A stretch of DNA of 63,808 bases, counting the filler, from Nemertoderma westbladi (lineage: Eukaryota; Animalia; Xenacoelomorpha), in assembly GCA_032718475.1 (NCBI GenBank). It is 3 parts of 3 records of this genome, joined end to end, with 100 filler letters (N's around TTAATTAATTAA, not from the genome) between each part and the next. Parts side by side here need not be neighbours in the genome. Positions count along the whole stretch, not along the records: positions 1 to 25,054 come from JAUCBJ010005924.1; positions 25,155 to 56,336 come from JAUCBJ010005694.1; 1 more part is not named here. One strand, given 5' to 3'. The notes under the pieces are model-generated. The model saw only the letters and a list, made by a program, of their open reading frames with translations. It was not told the origin of the DNA and searched no databases. Shown here piece after piece: positions 12,060 through 25,284 of this stretch. Every line of letters starts with the position of its first letter. Within the stretch, counting starts at the first letter, position 1. Made by a program: the position numbers and the translations under genes.

Positions 12060-12580
12060 AAAATAACTGGTTCTGGAAACATTAAATTATTTTGTGGTAT
12101 TGCATTGTTGCCAAGCTATTTATGAGATAAACAAAATGTTCCAGAATGTTATGCATTTAATAAATACTGTATAATGAATAATATACTATTATAATAATAA
12201 TACTGTATAATAAATGGCCTGGAGTGGAAGCAAATACAAGCAACTTTCAAATAGCCATATCTCAGCTATTTCTGAACCAAATTCAAATATTTGTACAGTA
12301 TATATTTGGAATCCTTCCACGCCAGCTTTCTACTACACAACAAATCATTATAATGTTTAAGAATAACTGCAGCACAACTGGTGACATATCGATGGAGACA
12401 CCTTTTTTAAACGCTTGTAGCTAAAGAACGACCGCAAAAATAAAACATGTGGCTCACCCATTATGGAGGAGGGAGGTGAAACTATCTCTGTTCCAAATTT
12501 CATGCAATCTCATTAAGATTTGTGGGGGGGGGGGGGGGGGTACCTGAATAACGACACTATCTATTCCAGGACATGGTGTA
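12060..12580. mobile_element. Diverged single-arm relative of the 7313-8223 MITE family
   Basis: Shares ATGGCCTG, TTTGGAATCCTT, AAACGCTT blocks and a poly-G tract; ends GACACTAT...CATGGTG-TA; further fragments near 15670-16040, 16680-16810, 18230-18450. Confidence 0.65.
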
Positions 12581-14797
12581 GTAGTCAAGTGTGTGTTGAA
12601 CAGGATTTCGTAGCTAAAACATGATGGGTGGGAATACTAGAAATTCAACAGGTGCCGCCTCTCAGGAGATTAAGCTAGCCACTATATTTATTCGCAGAAT
12701 AACCAGGGTATTTCAACAGAAAACTGTAATTAGTATTTCTAAATCCCTTTCCTTCTTGTTTAGCCAATAATAAGGTTGGCCACAGTATAACTAATACTAT
12801 GAATATGTTCCCATGTTAGCAGAGGGAGTGCGAGAGAGGCCTGGTTGGATAATAAGTATACTGAAGGACTGATGTGTTCCGCCGCATACATAACTACAAA
12901 TAGCCATTCCCAGCATGAATCTCTGGTTGGTATGGTAGGAACATCAGCTTAGTTAGCTCATTACCGCGGACATCACTAGGTGGCGCAGTTGATTAGTTAT
13001 GACATAGTAGGCATTGGGCGTTGTAAGTTTATGAAGGCCAATACTGCAATAGGCATTTACAGATTTAGGTAAGATACCGGTAACCAAACTCTGTAACTAC
13101 TGAATCTTTTACTCCTAAAATCACTAACGCAGTAACGGTACCACCGCACTGCCTAAAGCCTAAAGCCTGTTATATGCTTTTCCGCAGTGCAGATTACTGG
13201 AGTCAGGGAGTAGGCCTAAAAGCCTAACCGGCCCTGCAGTACCGTACACTCTGACACTACACTGCTACACCTACCACCTAGCTGCCTACAGCAGTACGAG
13301 TACAGACCTATACCAGTAGTACTGTAGTATACCAGTACAGCAATATACCATGCACCACACCTACCGGTACACCGGCTGACAGGCTGACCTGTCTGCCTGT
13401 ACACAGCTGCTGAGCTGTATCGCCAGACTGCCAGACAGCGAGATCGCGGTCTGGTGGTACCTTCAGACCGTAAGCAACCAGGTACCGGTACCATGGCCTC
13501 CTGCTGTACTGGTCTTGTGCAGTAGTGTTGTAGTGGGTGGTCTGCAAGGACTAGCCACCTCGCACCCTCCTGCCCTCGCCTCACACCACACCTACCTGCC
13601 TACTGACAGTCAGACAGTCGGACAGTACCGGTACCCGCGTCCCATTCCCATACCGTACTGCCGTACAGCCGTATAGCTGTATAGGGCCTACCAGCCTACT
13701 GCCGTAGCGCGTACCGGTACCTCAGTCAGTCAGTACCGGCTGACCGGTAACTGTCGTCTGGCTGGTACTGGACTGGTCGTATGCCTATGGCCTACCGTCA
13801 GACCGTACCGGTACCTGGCATTGTAACGGCTGAACGGGCAGACGAGACAACGGGTACCGGTATTTTCTGCCGACTGACTAACTGACAGACTGAAATGTAC
13901 CGGTCAGGTAATCGTCTTCCCTAAACCCAACACCACCATGAAGGCACAACGCGGCCATTACTTTCGTAGAACTGATCAGCCTGTACCGGAACTTGACTGC
14001 TGACTGCATGATATTGTTCTATCGTAATTGACTGGTGTGACGTGACTAAGTGTCATAACTACCGGCAACCGGCTGACCGGGCCGGTTCTAAAAACGCTAA
14101 ACATTGCCTTTTATAGCGCGTACAGGCGTATAACCTCTCATCTTGTTGACCAAGATACTACATTCGATTATTGTTTTGGTTAGATTCAAGCATTCTGTAA
14201 CCTGGTTTTCATTGCAAACGTGCATTGCAAATTGCATTCCTGTATTCAAGTAGATACGATATTTCATGTTTAACATTAACATTTCACTTCCATTTATTGC
14301 CTTTCACTATCACTACCCATTGCTCTCATTGTACCAATTGTCAGATTGTAGGAATTTGCTGGCCATTTTAATTTTTAATATATAATATCTAATAGGCTAC
14401 CGGTATTTAATTATCATTATTTTATCATATCTCGATAATATAATATTATTAACATATTCTGATATTCTATATGTTTTACATTCGATATATAACATATAAT
14501 CCGGTGATCCTAGGTGATTAATTATTATTCAAAGTGGTGCTAATTATTTCTCACTTCCTCAAATTAGACTGAAATGTAATATTGGACTTCTTATGGGATA
14601 GACTAGACGTATATTTGTACGGATACTATTAGTGCGTCGATTATTATATATTGGTTTGGTTTAGACGCCAACTGAGGAGTCATTCACATATTTAGTCCTA
14701 TTACTGCGCCTGCAGGTAAGAGAAACACAATATTTGTGTAACTTTGTATTGTGGCGGGATCATAAAGACTCATTATGACTCCATCAATATCTCTATA

Positions 14798-15100
14798 CCG
14801 TAGAACTGGGTAACTTTGGCCTGTCAAGGTAACTTTGGCCTTTTTGGGAAAGGGCTGTAGGGTGCCTTTTTTCTAACTAAGAAGTATGAAAACATAATTT
14901 TTTTGCACTGATTTGAAGAAAAACTTATCCTTGTCTTGTTTTTCGTATATTTATTACTACAACAGACATATAAAATCTACAAACGGGCCATTTAAATTGT
15001 GGTGTTATTTTGCTACTTCAAGAACCCTTCCAAACTTCGCCTGTGCAGTCTGACTAGGATTAACTGAGTAAATAATTAAATACGATTAAAATATGCGGAA
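14798..15100. mobile_element. One end of a pogo/Tigger-like DNA transposon (CCG terminus); inner boundary uncertain
   Basis: TA-CCGTAGAACTGGGTAACTTTGGCC with subterminal repeat GGTAACTTTGGCC; matching other end not found. Confidence 0.4.
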
Positions 15101-15224
15101 GTTCGGCGTTTGCTTTATTAAATCTCTGTAAATGTTTTGTCTCATTTAGTGCTAAATGGATACCGGTAGTTTTGAAAGTTTTGGATATATAAGACCGGTG
15201 TAGTAGAGAATTTCTACCAACCTA

Positions 15225-15655
15225 AAAATCCGGTTAAAATTCCCTAGTGTATTTCCACCCCCCGGTTAAAATTCCCTAGTGAATTTTCACCCCCCGGTTA
15301 GAATTCACTAGGGTATTTTAACTGTTTAACCGGGAGTGAAACTACTCTGGGTTATTTTTCAGTGAAATTTAACCCACCTCAGTGTATTCTTACCCTCATG
15401 ATATTTTAAATTTCATTATTAATTTAAATACGATATACCGGTAGGCCTACGCCTACAGTTACCGGTACTTTCTAGTGTGCTATTTAATACCGTACAAGGC
15501 TACAGGAGATACGAGAAGAAATAAATTCTGAAATTGAATATTCATACACAGACAGAGAGTGAAAATTGATAAATGCAGGGGTGAGTTTTCACTGGAGGGG
15601 GTTAAAATATACTAGGGAAAATACACCCCGGGAGTGAGAATACACGAGGGAATAA
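15225..15655. repeat. Degenerate element with repeated GGTTAAAATT(C)CCTAG-type motifs, partly inverted (MITE-like)
   Basis: Three direct copies 15232-15320 and a related G-rich block at 15575-15650. Confidence 0.4.
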
Positions 15656-16138
15656 TCTATATTATTATCTTTATGAGATTGCATGAAATTTGAAACAGAG
15701 ATAGTTTCACCTCCCGACCACTGCTTGGGTGAGCCAGAATTTTTATTTTTGCTTTCAATTTTTAGCTACAAGCGTTTAAAAACAAGTGTCTCCGTCGATA
15801 ATGCACCAGTTTGTGGAAAGCTGGCCGCGCAAGGATTCCAAATATGTATAAACATTTGAATTTGGTTGGGAAATAGCTGAGATATTGGCGTTCAAATGTT
15901 GCATGTATTTGCTTCCGCTGCAGGCCATTTTGTTCAATTTAATAAATACCTAAACTATGTTCTAGAACATTTTGTTTATGTGTGAATATCCATGTACCGG
16001 TACTACTATTATTATTATAGCCATTGCATTGTTGCCAAGTTATTTATTAATTAGATACTTGCTAGAGGATGCTGCAGGAATGAGACTGTCAACTATGTAA
16101 TTCGGGCTTAGCGATTTATTTAAAAAGGTTTCTGAAGT

Positions 16139-16678
16139 AATGGCATAGCACTGAAGCAGTCACTAACTTAATGGCATACTGCACTGAAGCAGTCACTAAC
16201 TTAATGGCATACTGCACTGAAGCACTGTGAAGCAGTCACTAACTTAATGGCATACTGCACTGAAGCAGTCACTAATTTAATGGCATACTGCACTGAAGCA
16301 GTCACTAACTTAATGGCATACTGCACTGAAGTAGTCACTTACTTAATGGCATACTGCACTGAAGCAGTCACTAACTTAATGGCATACTGCACTGTAGCAG
16401 TCACTAACTTAATGGCATACTGCACTGAAGCAGTCACTAACTTAATGGCATACTGAACTGAAGCAGTCAGTAACCTAATGGCATACTGCACTGAAGCAGT
16501 CAATAACTTAATGGCATACTGCACTGAAGCAGTCACTAACTTAATGACATAGGTACTGCACTGAAGCAGTCACTAACTTAATGGCATACTGCACTGATGC
16601 AGTCACTAACTTAATGACATAGGTACTGCACTGAAGCAGTCACTAACTTAATGGCATACTGCACTGTAGCAGTCACTA
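16139..16678. repeat. 33-bp minisatellite, ~16 copies
   Basis: Unit AATGGCATACTGCACTGAAGCAGTCACTAACTT with minor variants. Confidence 0.95.
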
Positions 16679-17129
16679 TTTTTACACGCCTGTAGCTAAA
16701 GAATGAAATCAAAAATAAAAATTCTGGCTCACCCAGGAAGGAGGAGGGAGGTGAAGCTCTCTATGTTTCAAATTTCATGCAATCTCATCAATATTTATAT
16801 AATTTTTTTAGGGGGGGGGGGGGGGCTGGGGGGGGGGTCCCGTTCCCAGCGTTAATTTTTCAACAGGTCCATATCTTTCTACGGTTCTATCTGAACTTTA
16901 CCAGCGGGTGTCGGCCTTTAACATCTTTAATATTTAATCTCCCCGCTTTAACATCTTTACCTTACTTTTAATTAAATAGAATGAATGGCTTGTAGCTAGA
17001 GAAAAAACATACTACTACTATACTCGGCCTGCTGCATTGAAACTGCACATTGTGATGCTATGCCAGCTTAACAAAAACATTTTGTCACCACCATGCAATC
17101 CACAATTGTTAAGCCCAATACGGCGTGCA

Positions 17130-18215
17130 TTAAGAATTATATGTCGGCTTATCAACAAAATTGCGTTGCCACAACTCCCTATCAAACATGACTTTCGCAA
17201 GATTATACCGGTACGCAACTTCAACGCCAGTGTCCTTTGGGAGGCGTCTCACGAAAGTCATGGTCTGTCCACCAGGCTTATTTTCTCCATGGGGCTGCCA
17301 AAGCACAAGATTGTGCACAGGCTGGTCCTCACGTCGAAAACAATGACCTGCAAAGTGGAGGCGTCTTTCTTCCAGTGTCAAGCTTGGGGGAGCCAATGAG
17401 ACACCACCAATGTTATATAGTGTCTGGTTGGAGATGTGTGCATTGTACTTGACACAATGAACCCGGCGTAGCATTCTTGTGAATGTGCCATCCAGAGATT
17501 TGGTGTCCTCAGCATTTATTGCCCAGCATGGACTCCCATAGGCCCTAGAGGAGTACTGGAACTAATGCTGCTCTAAATAAACGGACCTTAAGTTTCCGAT
17601 GAATTATGTGTGACTTTCAAATCCTGGACAGGCTATGAAATGCTGCCCATGCCATCCCCTTACGTATTCGAAGGTCCTCATCTGACTTCCGGATCCATGA
17701 TCCAAGATAACAGAAGTCGTCCACATGCTCAAGCATACCGTCCTTTGAGCTTATGCTCATCCAGTCAAAGACTTGCTGAGGACTTTCAAAGTTAACTTTC
17801 AAATTTTTTTTTTTGGAGTTAATAAAAAGACCAACACCAGAAGCAGCCTGTTCTAATGAGCTGAGGGGCCGTTGGGCTCCCTCTAGTGATTCTGAGAGTA
17901 CTCCGAAGTTATCAACAAAGTCTAGATCAGTTAGGTACTTGATAGGATTTCCTCGACTTCTGGAGCCAGATAGGTGGAGTTACCATCACCCCATCATCAT
18001 TATGATGATCTAAGGACATGCGTAGAACATAGTCAACCACAATTATTAACAAGAATGGTGCAAGTGTATCACCCTGGAGGACGCCCCATAACACTTCAAA
18101 TGGTTCTGTGTCACCGTCAACAGTAGACACAAATGTTGTCAAATTATCGTATATCTGGTTGCTGCAATAATTTTATTAGGAATCCCATATAATGAAAGTA
18201 TGTTGAACATAGGTG
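17130..18215 (-). mobile_element. Degenerate RTE-clade LINE, 3' part of reverse transcriptase
   Basis: Frameshifted pieces GVLQGDTLAPFLLIIVVDYVLR, VDDFCYLGSWI, RRLHFAGHCFRREDQPVHNLVLWQP, DRELW. Confidence 0.85.
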
Positions 18216-18947
18216 AAAATACATGCAACTTTTCGAATTTTAACATTATTTGGAATCCTTGCATGGTCAACTTTCCATCTACCATCAAATTACTACAATG
18301 GTGAAGATGAAGAATAACTGCGGTGTAACTGGTGCAATATCGATGGAGATACCGGTACCTTTTTTTAAAACGCTTGTAGCTAAAGAATTAAAACAAAAAT
18401 AAAAATTCTGGCTTACCCAGTAAGTGGTCGGGAAGTGAAAATCTAACTTCAATTCAATAATATAACTCAAACCCAAGCGGCATTGTTATGATACTGACGA
18501 TAGTAATGCGATGTTGGGCTGATTCCTAGATAATATTCTATGAACGCGACAATATTCTCATTTCCCACCCGCCATATACCGGTATAAAAGTTCTACCGGT
18601 ACCTAAATTTATATAGTATATAGTAAATTAGGATCCCTGTTTTTTTATGCTAGGCCTATGTAAATGATATGGTTGTATATGTATAATGTATACCCTATAT
18701 CCCGATTTTAATTTTCAACTCATTTTATATGCCAATGTACCCATTGGAAATAAGCTGAAAAGCGTTAGGGGTAAACCTCTGTGTTTTATTGGACAATATA
18801 TATTATACCTATACCGGTATATACAATACATTGTTAGTTGTATTGTATATATTTGTTAATTTTTATGCATAATATATAAATAAAATATTTTGCGCAAAAG
18901 TTTACTTGCAGTCGAATGATACCCGTGCGCGTCGTACCTCTATTCAG

Positions 18948-19000
18948 GTAAACTCATAATTCTTTTAGATTTACTGATTAGCTACTTTTAATTTTCGCAG
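18948..19000 (+). other. Probable 53-nt 5'-UTR intron of the G-beta gene (preceding mini-exon ~18912-18947)
   Basis: CAG|GTAAAC donor, pyrimidine tract TTTTAATTTTCGCAG acceptor 29 nt upstream of ATG; upstream acceptor TTACTTGCAG. Confidence 0.55.
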
Positions 19001-19029
19001 ATCTCTAGGTTTATCCCCAAACCGTAACA

Positions 19030-20055
19030 ATGGCAGCGGAATTAGAACAATTGCGATCGGAGGCGGAATCTCTTAAGAACCAGATCAGAGACTCACGTAA
19101 GAACGCGGCCGATACGACGCTGGCTGCGGTGTCATCCAGCATGGAGGCCGTCGGCCGGATACAGATGAGAACCCGTCGCACCCTGCGGGGACATCTCGCC
19201 AAGATCTACGCGATGCATTGGGGCTCGGAGAGTCGGTACCTAGTGAGCGCCTCGCAGGACGGTAAACTCATTGTCTGGGACTCCTATACCACCAACAAGG
19301 TTCACGCCATCCCCCTCCGCTCCAGCTGGGTAATGACCTGCGCGTACGCCCCCTCGGGGACCTACGTAGCCTGCGGAGGGTTAGACAACATCTGTTCGAT
19401 CTACTCGCTCAAGACGCGAGAAGGCAACGTGCGCGTGAGTCGCGAGCTGCCCGGTCACACCGGGTACCTCAGCTGTTGCCGCTTCATCGACGACAACCAA
19501 ATAGTGACCAGCTCCGGCGACATGACCTGCGCCCTGTGGGACATCGAGACCGGCCAGCAGACCACCTCGTTTAGCGGCCACACCGGGGACGTTATGTCCC
19601 TGAGTTTGTCGCCGGATCAAAAGTGCTTCACCTCGGGTGCGTGCGACGCGTCGTCCAAGCTTTGGGACATCCGGGACGGGATGTGTCGGCAGACCTTCGC
19701 CGGACACGAGAGCGACATCAACGCGGTCACCTTCTTCCCCAATGGGAACGCTTTCGTCACGGGTTCGGACGACGCGACCTGTCGTCTCTTCGACATCCGA
19801 GCGGACCAGGAGCTCATGCTCTACTCCCACGACAACATCATCTGCGGGATCACCTCAGTGGCGTTCAGTAAGTCCGGTCGACTTCTCCTCGCCGGTTACG
19901 ACGATTTCAATTGCAACGTTTGGGACGCGATGAAGGGCGAGCGAGCTGGGGTTCTAGCGGGTCACGACAACCGGGTCAGTTGCCTTGGCGTCACCGAGGA
20001 TGGAATGGCAGTTGCAACCGGCTCCTGGGATAGTTTCCTCAAGATCTGGAACTAA
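19030..20055 (+). CDS. GNB1: Heterotrimeric G-protein beta subunit (Gbeta1-4 class), complete, intronless CDS, 341 aa
   Basis: N-terminal coiled coil [36 protein letters not shown], seven WD40 repeats, terminal [11 protein letters not shown]; GC-rich third codon positions against AT-rich flanks. Confidence 0.98.
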   Translation: MAAELEQLRSEAESLKNQIRDSRKNAADTTLAAVSSSMEAVGRIQMRTRRTLRGHLAKIYAMHWGSESRYLVSASQDGKLIVWDSYTTNKVHAIPLRSSWVMTCAYAPSGTYVACGGLDNICSIYSLKTREGNVRVSRELPGHTGYLSCCRFIDDNQIVTSSGDMTCALWDIETGQQTTSFSGHTGDVMSLSLSPDQKCFTSGACDASSKLWDIRDGMCRQTFAGHESDINAVTFFPNGNAFVTGSDDATCRLFDIRADQELMLYSHDNIICGITSVAFSKSGRLLLAGYDDFNCNVWDAMKGERAGVLAGHDNRVSCLGVTEDGMAVATGSWDSFLKIWN

Positions 20056-21040
20056 ATTATCCTCCTCCCTAGACTTTTAAATAGCCCCTCCCCTACTCGC
20101 ACTGATTCTACCATTTAATTCTCGACATTTTCCTCTATGGTAGGTGCCGCATTCGCAGCTATATTATATTTCGACATTGAGTTTCTTGTGGCAGGTAAGA
20201 TAGCCCTAGTGTGTGGCTATTTATATATTGTAATTATATTACGACTCATAACAGGTACTTATATACTAACAAACTATAATAATACCTACTAACTCTACAA
20301 TGCACTAGGCTTTATGTATAACTCATGTCTGGTGTATTATATTATATACCGATATATATATAAATATTATACCGATATATATATAAATATTATACCGATA
20401 TATATATAAATATTATACCGGTATATGTAAATAAATATCCAAAATTGAATAAATTTGCAGGACAAGAAAGTGAATATATATACCGGTATATATCGTGATA
20501 ACAACCATTTTACCTTCTGTTTATTAAGTTAGCAAGAAACTTCGAAGTTTATTATCACATATGTTTTGCTGTGTATGTTATATAATATGTTGTTAATGCG
20601 GCAGCTACCATTATGGAGTACAACACTGCAAATGTAATTTTTGACCCCCCCCCCCCCCCCCTACCCTATCTTCGCCGTTCCCCAAGAGTCTCTCTGTTGA
20701 GATACAAGTACCGGTACCTAATTTTTGAGTGCATTGTGGTCGACCTTCAACTGTCAGTGTTTGTTATTAACGGTTTCCCCCAATATTATTAGTTAACTGT
20801 GTTTTTTTTATATGAAACATTCGCACGCTGGATACCCAGTAGGCACCTAAACATCTAACTCCTTGTATTGTGTGCGTGTCGGTGTATGTGAGGTGCGTGT
20901 GTGTGCAACCATGTCGCGTTGGCAACCATGTCGCATAAATAGCAGCAACCGGGTAACCGTTTTTGGAGTTCAAAAAAACTAATAGGAGTTTATTCTAACC
21001 TAAAGTTGCCACTACTTCACTTTGGTCCGTCCCCTGCCAC

Positions 21041-21151
21041 CAGATGGTACCATGTTAAGGTACCGGTACCATGTTAAGGTACCGGTACCATGTTAAGGTA
21101 CCGGTACCATGTTAAGGTACCGGTACCATGTTAAGGTACCGGTACCATCTG
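21041..21151. repeat. 19-bp tandem repeat (5 copies) enclosed in an inverted repeat
   Basis: CAGAT-(GGTACCATGTTAAGGTACC)x5-GGTACCATCTG; CAGATGGTACC and GGTACCATCTG are reverse complements. Confidence 0.9.
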
Positions 21152-22228
21152 TTTTTGTTGACCAGGTTACGACGTACTGTTTTTGCGACTAGGTTGAACC
21201 CACACTACTACTGATGCCAGCATAGTTTTATCCATCATGTTTTAATATTTACCTTTTTATATATTGTCATAGCAACTATAATTGCCCAATATTGTTATAA
21301 CTAAAGGTTCTGATTAATATTTTCTCTTATTTTGCTTAAAACTTCTGAATTTTATTTTAGCGTGGGGCTTTAAATTATTCATGAATTTATTATACAAGGA
21401 ATGGGATATGTTAATCGTTGAATTGTGTCAATTATCAGTAATTTATGCTTTCCTACTGCTGTTAGTTGCCAAATATCCTTTATTATTATAATTATTATCA
21501 CCTGTTCGTTTCTTTATGTATTGTATGATAGTCTTAATATTATATTATAGATAGATAGGCACCAAATATTTACTAAACCCATAACCAAATATATACCGTT
21601 ACGGTAACTCAACGAATAAGGTACTACTATATATTACGTCGCTTTGATATCGTTTTCGCTTTTTTGATTAAAACTCACGACCTATTTTTTTGTTTATTGT
21701 ATGTTCTAGGTGGCACTATTATTATCTTGATGTTGTAGTTATTGACAATTTCCGGTTTAGTAATATATTTTACATGCATGTTTGTTTAGTGTTACAATAA
21801 GTCGCTTATCAACTGGTTGGGCAGTGTTTCAGGTTCTTTTGCGCCGTTTACTTTATACACTCGGGTTTGTGATGTTGTTGCGCATGCGCATAATAATGCT
21901 CATGCTCATTCAAATTTGCAGGTCTACATTTTGCAATAATCTCTCCGCGTAGTGTTTGCAATATTACTTTACGTACCGGTTTGGTTCCGCCAGTGCATTA
22001 TTTGTTCGCAAATATAAATACGTGCAGTTTTATTTAATGTTGTTAACTTGATTCAGTTCCGGTTGTGCCATGTTCCCTGGAACTCACAACCTTATAGTCT
22101 ATATTACCCAACCCAAGATAGTAAATAAAGAGGACGCGCTCATATAGAGTGTTTACTGTTTACATATACTATTAAATTATCGATTATTATTTTATACTCT
22201 AGTTAAGTGGTCTGGTACTGTAAATAAG

Positions 22229-22323
22229 AGGGTTCTAGGGTATATGGCACTCTGGTTTGTACAGTAGACAACTAACACAGGGTTCTAGGGTATATGGCAC
22301 TCTGGTTTGTACACAACTAACAC
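22229..22323. repeat. ~50-bp tandem duplication
   Basis: AGGGTTCTAGGGTATATGGCACTCTGGTTTGTACA...AACTAACAC twice; first copy carries an extra TACAGTA-forming insertion. Confidence 0.85.
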
Positions 22324-23740
22324 ACGCAACTGATTATATTATAACTAATTATTAATAGTAGAATATGATATTCGTGAATAAGAAACTCTTGCACAACAAA
22401 TATCTAATCAAAATGTTCAATATAATTCATAATTAAAATAATTCCAAGTTGGAAACTTTATTGTTGGTTAAATTTGATTTGATTCAGTATACACCCCAGT
22501 CAAACCGAGTTTTCATTGGTTACATTTGCGGTATATGCTTTATAACTTATTAATTTATAATATTTTTAAATTAATTGGATTAGTGTTTCACTTTATCCAC
22601 GTTGTTCTTGTTGTGATATAGTTTGGTGGCGATCCCCTATGTGCGCTCTTTATTTACGATATTAATATCTTGAAAATCATGTAATTTGTATGTCAATATT
22701 TTTCGGTTAACAGGGAAGTCAGAGTCAAGTCGCCCCCCTAAACCCAAATAAAACACATTAAAAAAATACAGTATTTGTTCTATGCAACCAACCTCTATAA
22801 CAATCATCATATGCACTGCAACCTGAACCTGAATGTAACTGAAAGGGTAGCCTATATGACAAAAGATAGTAAAGAAAGGCCCCGGTAGTAATTATATACC
22901 ATGCCGGGGCCCGGGGGCTCAGAGAACGTTAATTACTTTCAATTCGATTACGGTCGCGAATATTTATGCTACTGCTGTCCCATGTATCATTCGAAAATTG
23001 TGGTGTATTTGTAATGTTATATAACTTTAATAATAATAATAATATCTTACGGCTAAGGAAGTTAATTATATAAAACTCGGAAACTATTGAGCTACTAGCT
23101 GTGCTTTAGCGGCAGGCGAAATTCTAGGAATCTGGGGGTGGGGATGCCGTATGAATGTAATAATTTGAAGAATCAAACTCATCAAATAATTTTTGATAGT
23201 GGCTTGTGGGCGGGGAGGTTTTGCAATTAGTATTCCAGTGGTTGTAGTTGGTAGCACCTTGGTACAACAGGAATATAACCCCGGGATAATTGCGATGTTT
23301 TCATATTTTTAGGAAATGAGCGTGGAACAGTGTAAGGTATGTTTAGGTGTTTATAGTCTCGGAACGGCCATTTGAAGTCCCAGGAATTTTCTCTTCTCTT
23401 ATCTGTATTGGTGAGCAGCGGTTGTTATTCGCAACCGGTTCCGGTTGTTCTAATGTGACGGGCTTTATTTTTAACTAATATTATATGGGAGATATAATTT
23501 ATTAGATTATCATTATTACATTATGTTTAAATTTAGGGTGCAATGGTCTGGTCACCCTTGCGATGTTATATACTCCATACTCTTTTTATAGGAAAAAACG
23601 TTAAACTATTAAAAATCGTTCTATTATGAAATCGTAACCTGGGTGTTTAATTGTCTTTCAATTATCTATTATTTTTTTACTGTATATTGCCTTATATATT
23701 TGGTGTTAATTTATCTCACATCCCACCACGATACTATCCC

Positions 23741-24812
23741 TCATGGCGCATCCTTGCCAACCTCTAGATAATCCCGTTCTAACGCCGCCAGATCGTGTCT
23801 CGCGTCATCGAACTCTCCTTCCTCCATCCCCTCTCCGACGTACCAATGTACGAACGCGCGCTTAGCGTACATTAAATCAAATTTCCGGTTCAGACGAGAC
23901 CAAACATCGCACATTGCCGTGTTGTTACACAGCAAACACACTGACCTCATTGACTTGCACATATCACTTTGAGGAGCTACGGTAACTGGTTGATAGTTGA
24001 TGCCTATCTTAAAACCCGTGGGGCACCACTCAACAAAATTCACTTTCTTGTCTCTCTTTATTTTCATGATGGCGCTGTTGATTTCATTTGGTATCGCATC
24101 ACCCCGGTATAACATGCAACACGCCATGTACTTCCCTTGCGACGGGTTGCTGCGTATCATTTGGTTGCTCTTAAGGAAACACGCAATACTAATCTGTTGT
24201 ACAGACATTTCCTCGTGTTTGGCTCGATCCACCGTTAGTATAGGCGCATACGCAGTCATCGGGAAGTGGATCCGCGGGTAAGGAATCAAATTCGTCTGAA
24301 ATTCACACAAATCGCAGTTCAAACATCCATCGAATCGCAACGAGGTCGTGATCGAACTCATTACTTGGCTGAGTAATTTGTTTAGATGGCAATAATTCGG
24401 CCTTTCTATGTAAAGATTGGTGCGGCAGATATCGTAACATGCCTGATTGTCTAGAAGGAAGGCGCAGTCAACATGTTCAATGCTGCTGTGAGTCGTTAGG
24501 ACTGCGTTATACGGCTCCACTACTGCGGTAGAAATTTCGGGAGATGGGAAAATTGGTAGATGGAATTTTGAAGACTTTCCATACTCTTGGGCGAGGTTCT
24601 CCAAGAGTAGTGAGGTGAAACCAGATCCGGTCCCTCCCCCGTAGCTGTGGAACAACATGAAACCCTGAAGATTCTCGCAATTCTCAGTGACTCTGTGCAG
24701 TCTATCTAGGACTACCTCTAGTATTTCTTTCCCCAAAGTATAGTGGCCTCTCGCATAATTATTCGCTGCGTCTTCTTTCCCGCTTATCATTTGCTCCGGG
24801 TGATATAAATAC
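23741..24812 (-). CDS. TUBA: Alpha-tubulin, divergent; terminal exon only (5' exons not in this contig)
   Basis: Acceptor TCCTGCAG|G then [80 protein letters not shown]; stop after EVGKDAP. Confidence 0.95.
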
Positions 24813-25054
24813 CTGCAGGAAACGGCGAAATATTAGGGTTAATAATAATGTAGCCTTCACACCGCTCTATTCTATTTCCCACCCAGTGTTTATTATTATT
24901 ATGATATTTTTATTTTGGGTCGGTAATCGTGTCCAAACCCACAAAATAATATTCAGAGTTTCGTTTTAAGAAAAGTGAATCATCTCAGTGCGTTTGTCGA
25001 AATAGTCATTTGGAATTTTTATTAAATTATTTCGAGGGAACAAATTATATCGTT

Positions 25055-25154
25055 NNNNNNNNNNNNNNNNNNNNNNNNNNNNNNNNNNNNNNNNNNNNTT
25101 AATTAATTAANNNNNNNNNNNNNNNNNNNNNNNNNNNNNNNNNNNNNNNNNNNN
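25055..25154. other. Artificial assembly spacer (contig join)
   Basis: N44-TTAATTAATTAA-N44; the 12-mer gives stops in all six frames. Confidence 0.95.
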
Positions 25155-25284
25155 TTCTAAAATAACATTCCACTAAATAAAATTAAATAAAACGATTATA
25201 ATAAAATTACATAATAATACATACATAAATATAAAATAAAAACAAATATAAAATGATATAGCCACACGCCCACTCCATATGTTA

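Noticed and set aside
13216-13584. 122-aa and 79-aa minus-strand ORFs
   Set aside because: Low-complexity footprint-rich DNA, no recognisable domain
16247-16536. MAYCTEAVTNL repeat ORFs
   Set aside because: By-product of a 33-bp tandem repeat, open on both strands
19011-19933. Overlapping and antisense ORFs within G-beta (likewise within laminin, gag and LINE)
   Set aside because: Expected shadows of codon-biased CDSs
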